Positions 63,785 through 64,000 of a stretch of 64,000 nucleotides of DNA are shown here, piece by piece. Position 1 is the stretch's first letter, and the number at the start of each line of letters is the position of its first letter. Under the pieces are notes generated by a model. It searched no databases. It had not been told where the DNA came from and was given only the letters and a program-made list of their open reading frames with translations. Origin of the DNA: Azolla caroliniana (lineage: Eukaryota; Plantae; Polypodiophyta); NCBI GenBank assembly GCA_043228905.1, contig JBHGNT010000004.1, forward strand, positions 8,742,001-8,806,000, read 5' to 3'. The translations under genes were made by a program, and so were the position numbers.

Positions 63785-64000
63785 GAATATATGGCACCCT
63801 ATAGTTCGGAGCAGAACGGAATTACTGAATGCATGAATCAGACGATTCAAGAATGCATAGTATCCATGCTCCAACACTCCGGACTGTCGGATGGCTTCTG
63901 GGCGGAGACTCTACTTACGGCAGTACACATAATAAATATGTCGCCAAGTAGACCTCTAGGACTTAAAATACCTTAGGAAACATGGACCGGTAGTAAGCTG
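63785..64000 (+). pseudogene. Copia integrase fragment
   Basis: PYSSEQNGITECMNQTI...FWAETLLTAVHIINMSPS. Confidence 0.8.

Overview
Eukaryotic, TE-saturated window with no ordinary host gene. The element types (Tcn1-like chromoviruses, non-chromovirus Ty3/Gypsy with tRNA-Trp PBS, Ty1/Copia with tRNA-iMet PBS, a LINE fragment) and spliceosomal introns suggest a non-seed land plant; this is inference. Most of the window is deeply nested, largely degenerate LTR retrotransposons. The outstanding feature is a ~7.6-kb TIR DNA transposon (4101-11745) inserted in a Gypsy protease region. It carries two divergent genes: a Sola1-like DDD transposase (+, one in-frame stop) and an apparently intact six-exon gene (-, ~968 aa) fusing a ParB-like domain to a bacterial/phage-type beta-class N6/N4 DNA methyltransferase. 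Secondary signals: tRNA-like A/B-box modules sitting antisense in seven Gypsy LTRs from unrelated lineages, a 1.4-kb fully palindromic LTR, co-varying LTR/PBS complementarity suggesting self-priming, a conserved -1 frameshift slippery site plus pseudoknot between gag-PR and RT, and Copia U3 sequence inside a Gypsy LTR. All family assignments are from motif recognition only; no database search was run.
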